Below are positions 25,241 through 37,959 of a stretch of DNA of 64,000 nucleotides, in pieces. The stretch is taken from contig NC_068984.1 of the NCBI RefSeq assembly GCF_001194135.2, forward strand, positions 24,449,671 through 24,513,670, given 5' to 3'. How positions within the stretch are numbered: the stretch's first letter is position 1; every line of letters starts with the position of its first letter. Position numbers and translations under genes: made by a program. This DNA comes from Octopus bimaculoides (taxonomy: Eukaryota). Below the pieces are notes generated by a model, which was not told the origin of the DNA, searched no databases, and saw only the letters and a list, made by a program, of their open reading frames with translations.

Positions 25241-26280
25241 TCTGCTAAGTGGCTGGTGTTAGGAAGGGCATCTAGCTGTTAAAATCTTGCCTGTACAGTC
25301 ATGGAAGTCTGGTACAGGCTTCTGCCCAGCCGGCTCCTGTCAAACTATCCCACCTATGCCAGCATGGAAGGCGGATGTTAAACAATGATGATATATATAT
25401 AACATCATCATCATCATCATCATCACCACCACTACCACCATCATCATTATCCAAGTTGGCATTGGTTGGATGGTTTTACAGGATCTGATGGCTTCAAAGA
25501 CTACAGTATCTGTTTGATATGGTTTCTACAGCTGGATGTGTCTTTCTAATACCAACCACTTTACATTGTGTACTAGGTGCCTTTTTCATGCCAGCAGTGG
25601 TGAGATCACAATGCAGTTTGCAAGACTTTGAACCTCAAGTGGGGAGGAGTAACTTCATGCTAGAAGAATAAGGAGTAGAGAAGAGTAAAGTATACGAAAT
25701 AAGTCAGAGCAAAACAGGTTTCTTGCTGAAGAGAGCTAGGTGACTACTCATGTTTTAGAAGCGATAGGGATGGTGCTAGAAATTGGTGATGAGGCAACAG
25801 AGTGGACCTTCAAGAAACAAGGTGGTTAGAAATGAGTAGGCCAATGGTGCCAGAAGTGTGTAAGAGGAGTAGAGGATATATGGTAGAGTGTGGTGGTGGG
25901 AGCAGAATAAAGATAATGATACAGTAAACAGGTGGAAGAAAAAGATGATATGCTGTTGGCTGGATTGTAGGTGTGGATGGAGAAAGAGAGAGAGAGAGGA
26001 GCACAATGTATGCGGAGGCTAGAATGTGAAGATGTAAGAGAATTTGGTAACACAATGGGGTGTCAAAATTAATGGATGAACAATGGATAACAAGTGAAGG
26101 GTCCTGGGTAGTAAGAAATGTGATTATCCCAGATGAACTGCAATTAAGAATGTGAAGTGTGGAGGATATCTTGACAAAGAGGAATTGCAGTTTGAGGTGT
26201 AGTGGGTGATGGAAGTCTTGAGGAGTAGGGAATTAGGTGAAGAAAAATAAGAAAGGACTGAAAATGCATCAAGTTTTTAT

Positions 26281-26662
26281 TGCTTCTGAACCACATGGTT
26301 CCAGGTTCAGCCCCCGCTGCATGACACCTTGGGCAAGTGTCTTCTACTATAGCTTCAGGCTGACCAGAGCCTTGTGAGTGGATTTGGTAGATGGAAACTA
26401 AAAGAAGCCTGTTGTGTGTGTGTGTGCATATATATATATATACACATCTGTGTGTGTGTGTTTTTGTCCCCCCCCCACCGCTATTGCTAGACAACCAATG
26501 ATGGTGTATTTGTGTCCCCGTAACCTAGTGGTTTGGCAAAAGAGACCAATAGAATAGGTACAAGACTTACAAAGAATAAGTCCTGGAGTCAATTTCTTCA
26601 ACTAAAACCCTTTAAGGTACTGCTCCAGCATGGCCACAGTCACATGACTGAAACAAGTAAGT
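26281..26662 (+). mobile_element. SINE family A copy
   Basis: Homology to 43203-43676. Confidence 0.85.
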
Positions 26663-27004
26663 GAATATTTATTTGTTTGAATAAAACAAGTTTTATTTTT
26701 TAACATAGAAGGTAAATTTATACATATGAAATTAAAAATGCAAAAATGTGTTTTCACATAAATGTTTTCATATAAAAAAAAAACATAAGTGTATGTATTC
26801 ACAAAGGTGAATTTTGCACATAACACAAAAGAGAGAAAAAAATTTCATATAACTTAAAAGTTCTTGTATAAAAAAAAATTTATTAAATAAACTTTCGTGT
26901 ATGTTGGAGTCAAAAAAAGTTTTGCTGTGGATGAAAAATTGGGGCTGTTATGAAGTTTAAAGTGAGTTTTTTAATGCGTTGTAAAACCATGTGTGTGTGT
27001 GTGT

Positions 27005-27180
27005 GAGGATAGCTACATAAAGAAGTGCTGGTCACTTAAGGTGGATAGAATTTGTGGAAGAGTAAGGCTGAGGAAGACATGGGGCAAAGTTGTGAAGGCT
27101 GATCTCAAGATACTGAGCCTTACAGAGGAAGTAACAAAGGACTAAGATGGCTTGGCAATTTGATGTGCTCAAGATGGCCC
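27005..27180 (+). mobile_element. RTE LINE ORF C-terminal fragment
   Basis: Translates EDSYIKKCWSLKVDRICGRVRLRKTWGKVVKADLKILSLTEEVTKD. Confidence 0.7.
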
Positions 27181-28282
27181 ACCCACTACACCAAAAATGA
27201 TGTCCCTAAAAACATTTTGTATATGCTTGTAACTCATTCTGTTCCATCCAGCATTCTCCACATCTCATTCTTCTAACATCCATCCTTTTATCACTCCCTT
27301 GTCTATGGCACTTAACTTTTTGCAGTACCAATTACCTCCCCTACATTACCCTCCTTCATTCACTCAGTTTTTCACCAATCGCCTCCTTTCTGTGCCTTCA
27401 GTTATCTCTCTCCTATGCCATATTCCCTTTTAACACCTCACATATCTACTTTTCATTCTCAGACCCCCATCATATACACCATCATTCCACACACATTAAA
27501 ACCGCCCTTTTGTACCCCCCATATCTCCTTCCTTGCCACTCTTACATCTTGCACATCATTCCCCTACCTTCTGATCTATCTGTCCTGTACCACTTTTATC
27601 TCTCTCACCTTACTCATTCTCCATACTCATATTTCCCATCAAACATACCTCCATCCTCATTCATCAGTCACAACATTCACCTCTCTCTCCATCTCCACCT
27701 GTTGCTCTCCCTTTACACACTTATGAAAATACCCACTCTTTCCTCCCCAACCCTGACCTACTGTCTGTCTCCTCTCTTATGCTCACTTTCTTGTATCATG
27801 AGAATTTACTCCACTACCATCTTTATCTCCTTCCCATCTGCTCCCAGTCACCCCTATACAATGTGTTGCAGCCATGATTCTCCTCAGTAGCAAGATACCT
27901 GTGCTTGTCTCTCTACTATACATTAGACTTTCAACCTTTAGCATGAAATCCCCTTCTCCCACTCACACACACTTAATAAAAGGAACTTTTTCTTTTCCTC
28001 TTTCCCTATTCTTTTCCTGTCTCATAAGTTACTTGATAATCTTTCTGGTGCTAGTGACACAAGAAAAATGCATCCAGTACACCTGTAAAGTGATTGGCAT
28101 TAGGAAGGGCATCCAGTATTGAAACCATACCAATGCAGAATCTAGAGGTTGGTGCATCCCAATGGTTCACCGGATTCTGTAAAAAGATCCAACTCATGCC
28201 AGCATGGAACATGGTTGTTAAATGAGGATGATGATGATGAAATACACACACACACACACACACATACATACGTATATATATC

Positions 28283-28354
<72 letters not shown>

Positions 28355-28423
28355 TACATGTCTGTTGGTAACCTTGTATATATGTAGTTTATATATTTTG
28401 AAAAAATAGTTATTTGCAGTAAG

Positions 28424-28478
28424 CTCAGCTGATGATCCTAAATGTTTGGCATTAAAGGTGAAATCAATTGATACTGAG
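28424..28478 (+). ncRNA. type I hammerhead ribozyme motif, probably Penelope pLTR-derived, stem II degenerate
   Basis: Stem I CTCAG/CTGAG; core CTGATGA 28429-28435; GAAA 28460-28463; palindromic stem III ATCAATTGAT; AUA cleavage triplet after 28473. Confidence 0.65.
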
Positions 28479-28892
28479 ATGACTGTACTTTACTTTGTGA
28501 TTTTGCAAAGGTAAGGGCTATTTTTTCTTATATTCGCTACATTAACTGTGCATGTTTTGTTTATAGTGAGAAATATGTGGCTTTGGAGAGTTAACTCTTC
28601 TTTCTAGCATAGTTAGTATATATTTTTTATACCCTAAATTTATATATACATATATATATAATATAAATAATATATGCATATATCCATACATATATGTACA
28701 TACCTACATCTATATGTATACATACATGCATATATTGGCACAGGACATAAAAAAAAACGTTAAACACAATGAGAAACGAAAACAGAAAACGAACTTTTTT
28801 CAAACAACGAAAAAAACAAACAAAGAAACGAGACATGCAACATAAAGAGTATAACCCTTCGTCAGTTGTCCCTGTTCCATCTACTCTGCATT

Positions 28893-28938
<46 letters not shown>

Positions 28939-30941
28939 AAGAGAGAGAGATTCAAAACTGCACAGAAGGATGACAAAGGAACACAGAAAATTCACACACA
29001 AGATGTGGACATGCTCTTTCTTCATCAGTTATTGTCTAAAAATCATAACAATTTCACACCTTTGACAATAAGATTGCTCATTTTGGTGGCATCAACAGCT
29101 AAAAGCTGCCGAGAATAAATGAGCAAAAACACATGTATATACATACATTAGATATTATACATATTTATTATATACATATTGAATATGTATATTATGTATA
29201 TGTGTGTGAATGTCTGTCTATATATATATATAGCCTCACATAGGTGATGACAAGTGACCAAGACTTTTGGTGATGTGTTGTGATTGAGATGACTCATCAA
29301 GCCAAGTGTAATCGTAGTCGTGCCGATGGCACATTAAAAGCACCCATTACACACTCGGAGTGGTTTTTTAGGAAGGGCATCCAGCCGTAGAAACCATGCC
29401 AAATCAGAGTGGAACCTGGTGCAGGTCTCCAGCTTACCAGTCATACTATCTAACCCATGCCAGCTTGGAAAGCGGATGTTAAATGATAATGATATATATA
29501 TATATATATATANNNNNNNNNNNNNNNNNNNNNNNNNNNNNNNNNNNNNNNNNNNNNNNNNNNNNNNNNNNNNNNNNNNNNNNNNNNNNNNNNNNNNNNN
29601 NNNNNNNNNNNNNNNNNNNNNNNNNNNNNNNNNNNNNNNNNNNNNNNNNNNNNNNNNNNNNNNNNNNNNNNNNNNNNNNNNNNNNNNNNNNTATATATGT
29701 ATATATATATATATATATATATACACACAAACACACACATACACATACATATATATATATATATATGCATGTATATATAAACACACACACATTTATGTGT
29801 TACGGTTAAAGTTTCATCAACGTATTTAATGCATGGATAATTAAAAAGCTAATGAGAAGCAATTATACGGTGAAGATAAAACAATATTAGTTAATGATAA
29901 ATATTGTTTTAATTATTTAATTATCCAATTCCAGTTAGCTTTTTAATGCTTCCGACAACATGTTTTACCCTTGTTTAACTGTTGTTCTTCAAGTGGATGG
30001 TGTCTTTATGGTATTTATATACCATGTAGTTAGGACTTAAGCCCATTCTGTTAAACTTCTTACACTACCCTATATTCTAATAAAAGAATGTGTGTGTGTT
30101 AAACTTTAGCAGAAAACTAGTCAGTAAATATTTACCCAAATTATCATACCTAAAAAGAAAAGAAATTAATTAGACTTTGAGTTGTATTATTTCATGTTTT
30201 TCTTTTCTTTTTATTTCAAATAGTTTTCTTTGAATTGGAATGTCTCTTGTAAAAGCACCTGTGACAAACATGCTTTCTTAAAGCTTGCTTTGTGATCAAA
30301 TGTCAGCATACTTTTTGTTATTTGTTTTACTTTTTAATTTTTTCCCATAGATTAATTGTGGTGTGTAATAATGTCACACAACATTAGCAACAAGCCATTT
30401 TAAAACACTTGAAATATTTTCTTTTGTTTGTACTGTGTGTTAATTGATGAAAAAGGGTTCTGTTTATTAAAACTGCATCATAATTAAATTTTGTAAATTT
30501 TGATGTTATGACATATACATGGCTATATGATTGATAACTAAAGCAACTTCTTATATCGATTATATGCCCATTCTTATGGGCAAGATATTTAGATATAAGA
30601 TTTCTGAACACCATTTCATTGGCTGGCATTGCTCCACCTAATATCAAGAGAAATGTTGCCAGAAAAGATGGAAAACAGAAGCAAATGTTTGATGCAAAAC
30701 ATTCATTATAGAAATGTTAACATATACGAAGAAAGTTAGAATTGCAAAAATAGTGTTATAATATCTTACCATTTCTGTAAGATATTTCCAGAACTTACCT
30801 CCTTACAGTTCTGGAAGGAAAAACTCATAAATATCCCTCCAATGTTAGATATGAAAATGAAACCAAAGGAACAAAATTTCACCAAAGGTTTCAGAGTCTA
30901 CATGAAGTAAGTAGAAATGTTTGAACCAACTCTGCATTATA

Positions 30942-32102
30942 TTGGGTTGTCCAGAAAGTTCGTGCCGATTTATAGTAGCTTACCTTTTGACTTATTTTAG
31001 AACATGGTTGAGTCCATAAAATAGGATTTGACTACACCTCCATTTAGAGCACAGTTTAAGTTTTCTCTTCGTGGAAGAAGGTTTATGTTCCTATAACCTG
31101 TGTTAATTCTGTAACCCTTTAAAATGGAAGATAAGAAAGTTCATTTTCGGCACTTGATGCTTTTCTTTTTCTGTAAAGGGAAAAATGCCTCACAAGCAAC
31201 CAAAGAAATATACGCAGTTTACGGTGATGTTTCTATATTTGAAAGAACTGTACGGATGTGGTTTGCAAGGTTCCAAGCTGGAGATTGTCGCCTTATTGAT
31301 AAAGAGCGATCAGGCAGACCATCCACTACAGATGATAACTAAATCAAGTCATTAATTGAGAATAACCCACATTGCACAACCCGAGAATTGGCAGGAAGCC
31401 TCAACTTATCAAAATCCGTCATTCATGAGCACCTGGTAAAGCTTGGGTACACAAATCGCTACAATGTTTGGGTACAACATGAGTTGAGTGAGAAGAACCT
31501 TTTGGATCACATTTCCATCTGTGATTTGCTTTATAAACGGAATGAAAATGCACCTTTTTTAAAGCAAATTGTGACAAGTGATGAGAAATGAATTATCTAC
31601 CGAAATGTTCAGAGAAAGCGATCCTGGAGTAAGCGACAGGAGCCACCCTTAGCCACCCCAAAAGCAGGTCTTCACCCTAAAAAAGTCTTGATTTGTGTCT
31701 GGTGGGATTGGAAAGGAATTCTGTACTATGAGCTTCTCCCAAGTAACTGGACAATTAACTCTGAGAAATATTGCACACAACTGGATGAGTTAAAAGCAGG
31801 AATTCAAGAGAAACATCCAGAATTGGCTAACAGGAAGGGTGTTTTTTCCAACATGATAATTCAAGACTGCACGTTTCTTTGGGAACCAGACAAAAATTGC
31901 TGCAGTTTGGCTGGGATGTGTTACCCCACCCTCCATATTCACCAGATATTGCTCCTTTGGATTTCCACTTATTAAGGTCTCTGCAGAATAGTCTTAATGG
32001 TAAAAATTTCCATTCCTTGAATGACGTAAAAAGATACCTTGATGAATTCTTTGCCATGAAACCACCTCAATTCTGGGAAGAGGGTATTTTCAAGTTAAAG
32101 GA
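30942..32102 (+). mobile_element. mariner (DD34D-type, mellifera-subfamily-like) transposon, 3'-truncated
   Basis: TA followed by left TIR TTGGGTTGTCCAGAAAGTTCGTGCCGATTT; near-full transposase follows; right TIR not found in the window. Confidence 0.9.
31124..32102 (+). pseudogene. mariner transposase pseudogene
   Basis: MEDKKVHFRHLMLFFF..., RSGRP, WVQHEL, IVTSDEK, HDN and HPPYSPDIAP motifs; stops at 31340-31342 and 31589-31591, frameshift near 31848. Confidence 0.9.
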
Positions 32103-32113
32103 AAGTTAAAGGA

Positions 32114-33040
32114 ATACATGATCAGCTATACCTGATTTATTAATATCTCCCCGTGTCACAGTTTTGTGATGTTCGTCTGCCCTTATTTTGAGGGGGAAGC
32201 ATGTTTCGCCTTTGTATAATCTACCACAGCTGCATGGGATGGAGTACACACAGTTTTGGTCATATTCTCTTCTATTGGTGGTTTTACTTGAAGGAGATAT
32301 TTGCAAAGTGTTGTATTACTTTTGAATACTGTCCTGATGTCATATGGGACGCATATCTTTTGTATCTTTTCGGAGTAGCCTTTCACATAGGGTAGACAGA
32401 CTGTAGATAGTTTATTGGGTTCATCCTCTCTTTTTTTCATGATTGGAGTGGATAGTATGTTTTTGGGGTAGTTGTTGCTTAATAGATTGTTACTGCGCTT
32501 GATCATTTCTATGTGGAGGGTTTCATGATCGCTACTTATATTCTTTGCTCGATGCTTTAGGCACTGAACAATCCCTCTCTTTACACTGTACAGATGGTGG
32601 CAATTGAAGTTGAGGTATCATCCAGTGAAGGTTGGCTTGCAGTATATGGATGTCCTGAATCCATACTTGGTGCGTGTTATTAATACGTCCAGGAATGCTA
32701 GCTGATTGTCTTTTTCCTTTTCCATTGTCAACTGTATGGATGGCTTTAGTGAGTTCACATGATCTAACAGCACTTGGACATCTTCCTGGTGGGGTCAGAG
32801 TATAAAGGTGTCATCAGCATGCCGTGGCCTTAGGGTTAGTTTTAGTGGTGTTGATCCTAAGGCCAAATTCTCAAAGTATTCCAAATGTAAATTGGCTATT
32901 ATCAGTGATAATGGGGAACCCATAGCTAAACTCACTCCTTGTCGAAATATTTCAGTGTCCATAGTGAAGTAGGTAGTTTCTACACAGAAGGTCAACATCT
33001 CCATCAAGTGTCCGAGTTCGATTCTAGGCAGTAACCTGAA
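32114..33040 (-). mobile_element. Penelope-like element: RT C-terminal half and GIY-YIG endonuclease (decayed)
   Basis: TFCVETTYF...QGVSLAMGSPLS..IANL.LEYFE...HADDTF (RT); CLPYVKGYSEKIQKI; VYSIPCSCGRLYKGET...LKIRADEH (GIY-YIG). Confidence 0.9.
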
Positions 33041-33042
33041 TA

Positions 33043-33056
33043 ACAATGATAATAAC

Positions 33057-33107
<51 letters not shown>

Positions 33108-33125
33108 TATAATAATAATAATAAC
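33043..33125 (+). repeat. (AAT)n microsatellite
   Basis: Near-perfect run. Confidence 0.95.
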
Positions 33126-33174
33126 ATCGAAAAATGCCTTAGGAATGAGAACACTGGTTCAAAATTTCCCCAAG

Positions 33175-33218
33175 ACACCTGATGAAGGCTGGAGGGTATA
33201 TCAGCTGAAATGTTGTGT
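33175..33218 (+). ncRNA. minimal type I hammerhead ribozyme in a Penelope pLTR-like segment (~33126-33310)
   Basis: ACAC-CTGATGA-A-GGCTG...CAGCT-GAAA-TG-TT-GTGT: stem I ACAC/GTGT, stem II GGCTG/CAGCT, minimal stem III as in PLE dimeric hammerheads. Confidence 0.7.
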
Positions 33219-33310
33219 TAACAACAAACAAGATGAGGATAAATATCCATCAAATTTAAATAATGTAAATAATGTACATAATTCCTCATCTCTTAAATAT
33301 AGAGCTGTAA

Positions 33311-33900
33311 GCTCTTTTAGATAGAGAATTTTACTTCTGTTGCTGAGTTGTAGCAGACCTCCAATGTTCAGTAGGAATATGAGTGTGATATCAGGGTAGG
33401 TGTTAGTGGTGGCCATCCTGGGTCTGTCACCTGAGGTGGTCTTGTGCAATGGAATGCATTGCTTTAAGTTTGCATCGTGTGCATCCATGTTAGCCGCTGT
33501 ACTATCTTCTGGGTCATGTTCAAAAAAGACTGTTGTTCGATAGCTGCAGTTCATACAGCCTCTACATATTGCCTTTTGAGGGGTGCAGAACGCATGTGTT
33601 GATCTCTTTTCCTACCCTTTTGAGATGTGTTTCTTCCAGTTGGTGCAGTATTAGTCAAGCAGATCCATGCTTGATGATTTCCCTCTATGTTTTTGCTGGT
33701 TTTGTTTCAGGTTTCCCTGCTTGTTGTTCTGATAAGTTTTGGGATGGGTAAAGCTGCAGCTCTCTCCTGTTTCTCCATACCAGCAGGTGCCATTTAGGTA
33801 AAATTTACATACAAGCAGGGCTCTGTCAGTTTCTATCCTTATGTTTCTTTGCTTTTAGTTTTGGCATTTTGGGTTTTTGTCTTTTTGCTTGTCTTTCCTG
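33311..33900 (-). mobile_element. Penelope-like element N-terminal (pre-RT) region, decayed
   Basis: DITLIFLLNIGGLLQLSNRSKILYLK aligns loosely with the PLE DI.ILPADKG.ATV.LN...Y..K segment; same strand as 32114-33040. Confidence 0.5.
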
Positions 33901-34281
33901 TTAACTTTGGACATCAGGACATCAGTTTTCCTGGCTGTGTCAGTTTTTAGTCTGCCTCTGTTTTATCACCACCGTCCATCATCATCATCATCCAGCTTTG
34001 ATTATTCTTATTGCAGCTGTTGCTGCTGTCAGTTTTGTTTTGGGGGTCAGTGGTGTTTGTAGATTCTTTTTCAGTGTTGTTTTTGGGGTTAGTGTTGTTT
34101 GCATTTGTTTTTTTTTATACTGTCTGTTTGTCCTTCATTGGATTCCAGGCATGCAGGGTCGTCATATATATATATNNNNNNNNNNNNNNNNNNNNNNNNN
34201 NNNNNNNNNNNNNNNNNNNNATATAAAGATATATGAATATATATATGTGTGTATGTGTGTGTGTGTGTGCATGTGTGTGCA

Positions 34282-34376
34282 CACATGCACACACAAACAC
34301 ATACACACACAAACACATACACACACAAACACATACACACACAAACACATACACACACAAACACATACACACACAT
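34282..34376 (+). repeat. 16-bp minisatellite (AAACACATACACACAC)n
   Basis: About five tandem units. Confidence 0.85.
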
Positions 34377-36482
34377 AGCTAAATAATCAGAGTACTTCAA
34401 GATGGCTTTAACTATTTTAAGTCCATGTCTCCTGACAGTAGAGGTTATTTTCACTACTTTATTTGTATAGTGTCTTCATTATAAATTATGTCTTAATAGG
34501 ACAGATTGAAGAGGTAAGCATAAAATGAGATCATAAACTATCTCAGCTGTTCAACTAGCCTTCTGGTGTGTGTGACATTTCAACTACTGAAATCAGACCA
34601 GTGGATTTTAGCTGGTTAATTTATAGAGCAAACAGTTATTTCTACTGCTTTAATCCTGAGTGATGATAGTTCTCGTGTTAATCAACAATTACAACAACAA
34701 AACAACAAGAGCAACAGCAGTAATACTAAAATAACAACAAAAACAAAAATCTTTCAACAATTATAATTGCTACAACGTTAACATATGGTATTTCTGAAAT
34801 AACAATATACAGGAATGTTTCAAATAATCAAAATAAAATGAAATAATAAATTGAGAAATGGAGGTCCAAATAATAATGATAGTGTGAAAAACAAACACAA
34901 AAACAAAAAAACAGTCTTCTGTTAGTTGATGATAAGATAACTAATAGTGGTTTTTCTTTGATGTACTTAAAAAAGACTTTGATAAAATATTTAAAGGCTT
35001 ATGAATATCTATTTCCAAAACACAGGCAATATGTCTACTGTTGGTAAATTTTATAATTTCTATATTTGATATATAATAATATATATACTCTTAATACGTA
35101 TTTACACACACACACACACCATCATCATCAGCATCATCATCATCATCATCATCACCATCATCATCATCACCATCATCATTTAACATCCTCCTTCCATGCT
35201 TGCATGGTTTGTACGGCTTGACAGGAGTTGGCTAGGCAGGAACTTACGCCATACTTCTGTGTCTGTTTTGGCATGGACTTTACTGCTGGATGCCTTTCCT
35301 AACACCAATGTGTGCGTGGGGGGGGGGGGAAGGCGCATGGCCTAGTGGTTAGGGTGTTGCTCTCAGGATCACGAGATTATAGTTTCAGTTCCTAGACTGG
35401 ATGATGCATTACATTCTTGAGCAAAACACTTCATCTTATGTTGCTTTGTGATCACTTTGATACTTGACATGTGGTACACAGTACACCTGTTCAGACTATG
35501 TCGTTTTGCTGGAGAGAATGAGCTAATGTGTGGCATGAACATTTGATCAGTGTAAACAAACCATTTGTGCAGGTTGTTCATACATTGTCTTCGACAGGAG
35601 AGTCCATTATATATATATATATATATATATATATCATCATCATCATCATCATCGTTTAACGTCCACTTTCCATGCTACCATGGGTTGGACGATTTGACTG
35701 AGGACTGGTGAGACCAGATGGCTACACTAGGCTCCAATTTGATTTGGCAGAGTTTCTACAGCTGGATGCCCTTCCTAATGCCAACCACTCTGAGAGTGTA
35801 TATATATATATATTAGAAAAAATAATAAGGTACTCAGATATCTGGATGGTTGTACATTTACAGATTTTTATTAATATGTCACATGTTTTATAAATATTAG
35901 CGCTTGCACCTATTCTTGTAGGTTTTTCAAATATATATAGTCAAATCAAATAAACAAACATTAAAAATAATAATAGCAAACAACAAGAGGACATGCACAT
36001 GGAATATAGTCATTTGGCGCTCTGTAAAAAGAGAGGGTTTTGACGTTTCGAGCATAGCACAAATAAACAGAACTCTAAGACAATATATAATTTCTTAACT
36101 TGAGACCTGTTTGTGGAGGCTCAGAGTTATGCAATAATCTTAACATTCATAATTTGCAGATGGCATATGCAAAATGTCTTGGGTATGCAACCAGTAAACA
36201 GTCACAAGAAGATATTACAATAAGTCCAGCTCCCTTCATCAAGAGAAATTTAGCAAAAGCTTTTGTTAAGTAGCTTTAGTGAAACAAGCTGGAAATCGAA
36301 ACTAGTTCCATGATTTGGTCATGTAGGAAATTTAATCTTGTAGCCTGTGGTGTTCACAGCAAACCTAAATCAACACATCGATTTCTTTTTAACTAAGCTG
36401 AAAGGACTGTGTGGTTTAGGGAAGAATAACTTGCATTCATGGTAGTCATGCTTGAAGAAAAGAACAGATGTTAACAGCAAAA

Positions 36483-36509
36483 GCTCTCTTAGTCTCTCTC
36501 ACAGTCACA

Positions 36510-36542
<33 letters not shown>

Positions 36543-36868
36543 ATCCACACACACACACTCTCTCTCTCTCTGTCTCAATCTCTCTCTCTCTCTCTGTCTC
36601 AATCTCTCTCTCTCTCTCACTCTCTCTCTGTCTCACTCTCTCTCTCTGTCTCACTCTGTCTCTGTGTCTTACTCTCTCTCTCTGTCTCACTCTCTCTCTC
36701 TATCTCACTCTCTCTCTCTCTCACTCTCTCACAGACACACACACACACACACACACCTGTCTCCTTCTCTTTCTCTTTCTCTCTCTCCCCCTCCTTTCTC
36801 CCTCTTTCTCTTCACCCCTCTTTCTCTCTCTCTCTCTCTCACACACACATATATGCACATGCACACAG
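36483..36868 (+). repeat. compound (CA)n/(CT)n microsatellite
   Basis: Direct reading. Confidence 0.9.
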
Positions 36869-37871
36869 TCTTAAGAAAGGGACGGATATATTGGGTGATG
36901 TATTCTTAGATATCCTTTAACAGACAGGTTGGTCCTGGCTGTAACACCTTTGATCATTGATTTGCTTGATCAGGGCTGACCTAATATTATATAACAACAA
37001 CTACAACAGCAGCAACAAATTTTAAATCAATGTTTGAACCATTTCATTCCACTTAAATTGTTACTGGAAAAGCTGACTGGAAAAGCCTGAACATCACACA
37101 GTTTTGTTATACTTCTTCTCTAAATCTTGGGGCTTATGAAAAATAAAAGCACAATACTTTTCGATTTCCTACTTAATAAAAATTTAAATCATTAGTCTTT
37201 ATGTCTTTGTGACTAAGCAACATATAAATAAAAAGAGTTTAAATATTTGCTTGTGTTTTTCTTCTTTCAGCTTCCTTTCAACTATTATTTCATCTTAAAT
37301 ATAAAATATTTGATTTTTCTCCATGTGTAAACAACATATTACAGGCAATTATCTTACTAATGAGAGATTAAAACTAACCTCTTTCAAACCTATTAAATAA
37401 TGACGTCTAAAAGGTAGCTGTATAAGTATTAGTGCCAACCAATCAATAAATAATAAGTTGCTTATGTTATCATTTAAAATACAATCTATTACTAAGACTT
37501 TATTGCTGTTTCTTTGAATATTAAATAAGAAATAGCATCAGGTCATTGCTACACATCGTTGTTTACAAGCTTGATGATAACTTCTGATATAAGCAATTTG
37601 ATCATACAGAGAAGGGAATTCTTGCAGTCACTGTCCAGCTTACTTAATTTCCCCAATTATCTTTTTGACATACATATGCATGTTATCATCATTATCAACA
37701 GCATCGGCAGTTGTAACATAATCATTATCATCATTATCATCATAATCATAGTGATTGTTGTCATCATTATGGTCTCAACATCTGATGTTGTTATTGATTA
37801 GCCTTGTAGTGGGGATTTGAAACTGAATCTCTGGATAACCTGGTCAGACATCACAACTAAAGCACAATATT

Positions 37872-37959
37872 TCACGTGATCAGTCTATTAAGCAGCCAAT
37901 CAGCATCAAGTGATCACATGCTTCAATCTTCTACAATCTTTTTCTGTGCCCTATAAAAG
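37872..37959 (+). promoter_or_regulatory. putative Pol II promoter motif cluster
   Basis: TCACGTGA (37872-37879), GCCAATCAG (37895-37903) and TATAAAAG (37952-37959) in canonical order in non-repeat DNA; no transcript evidence. Confidence 0.25.

Noticed and set aside
27190-27950. Long strand-skewed pyrimidine-rich stretches (also ~19050-20130, 25640-26260, 40260-40680, 58860-59270) giving S/L/P/H-rich ORFs
   Set aside because: No conserved motifs and no consistent orientation relative to neighbouring LINEs; most likely old decayed repeats.
28830-28880. Minus-strand CTGACGAAGGG motif
   Set aside because: No downstream GAAA or stem III.
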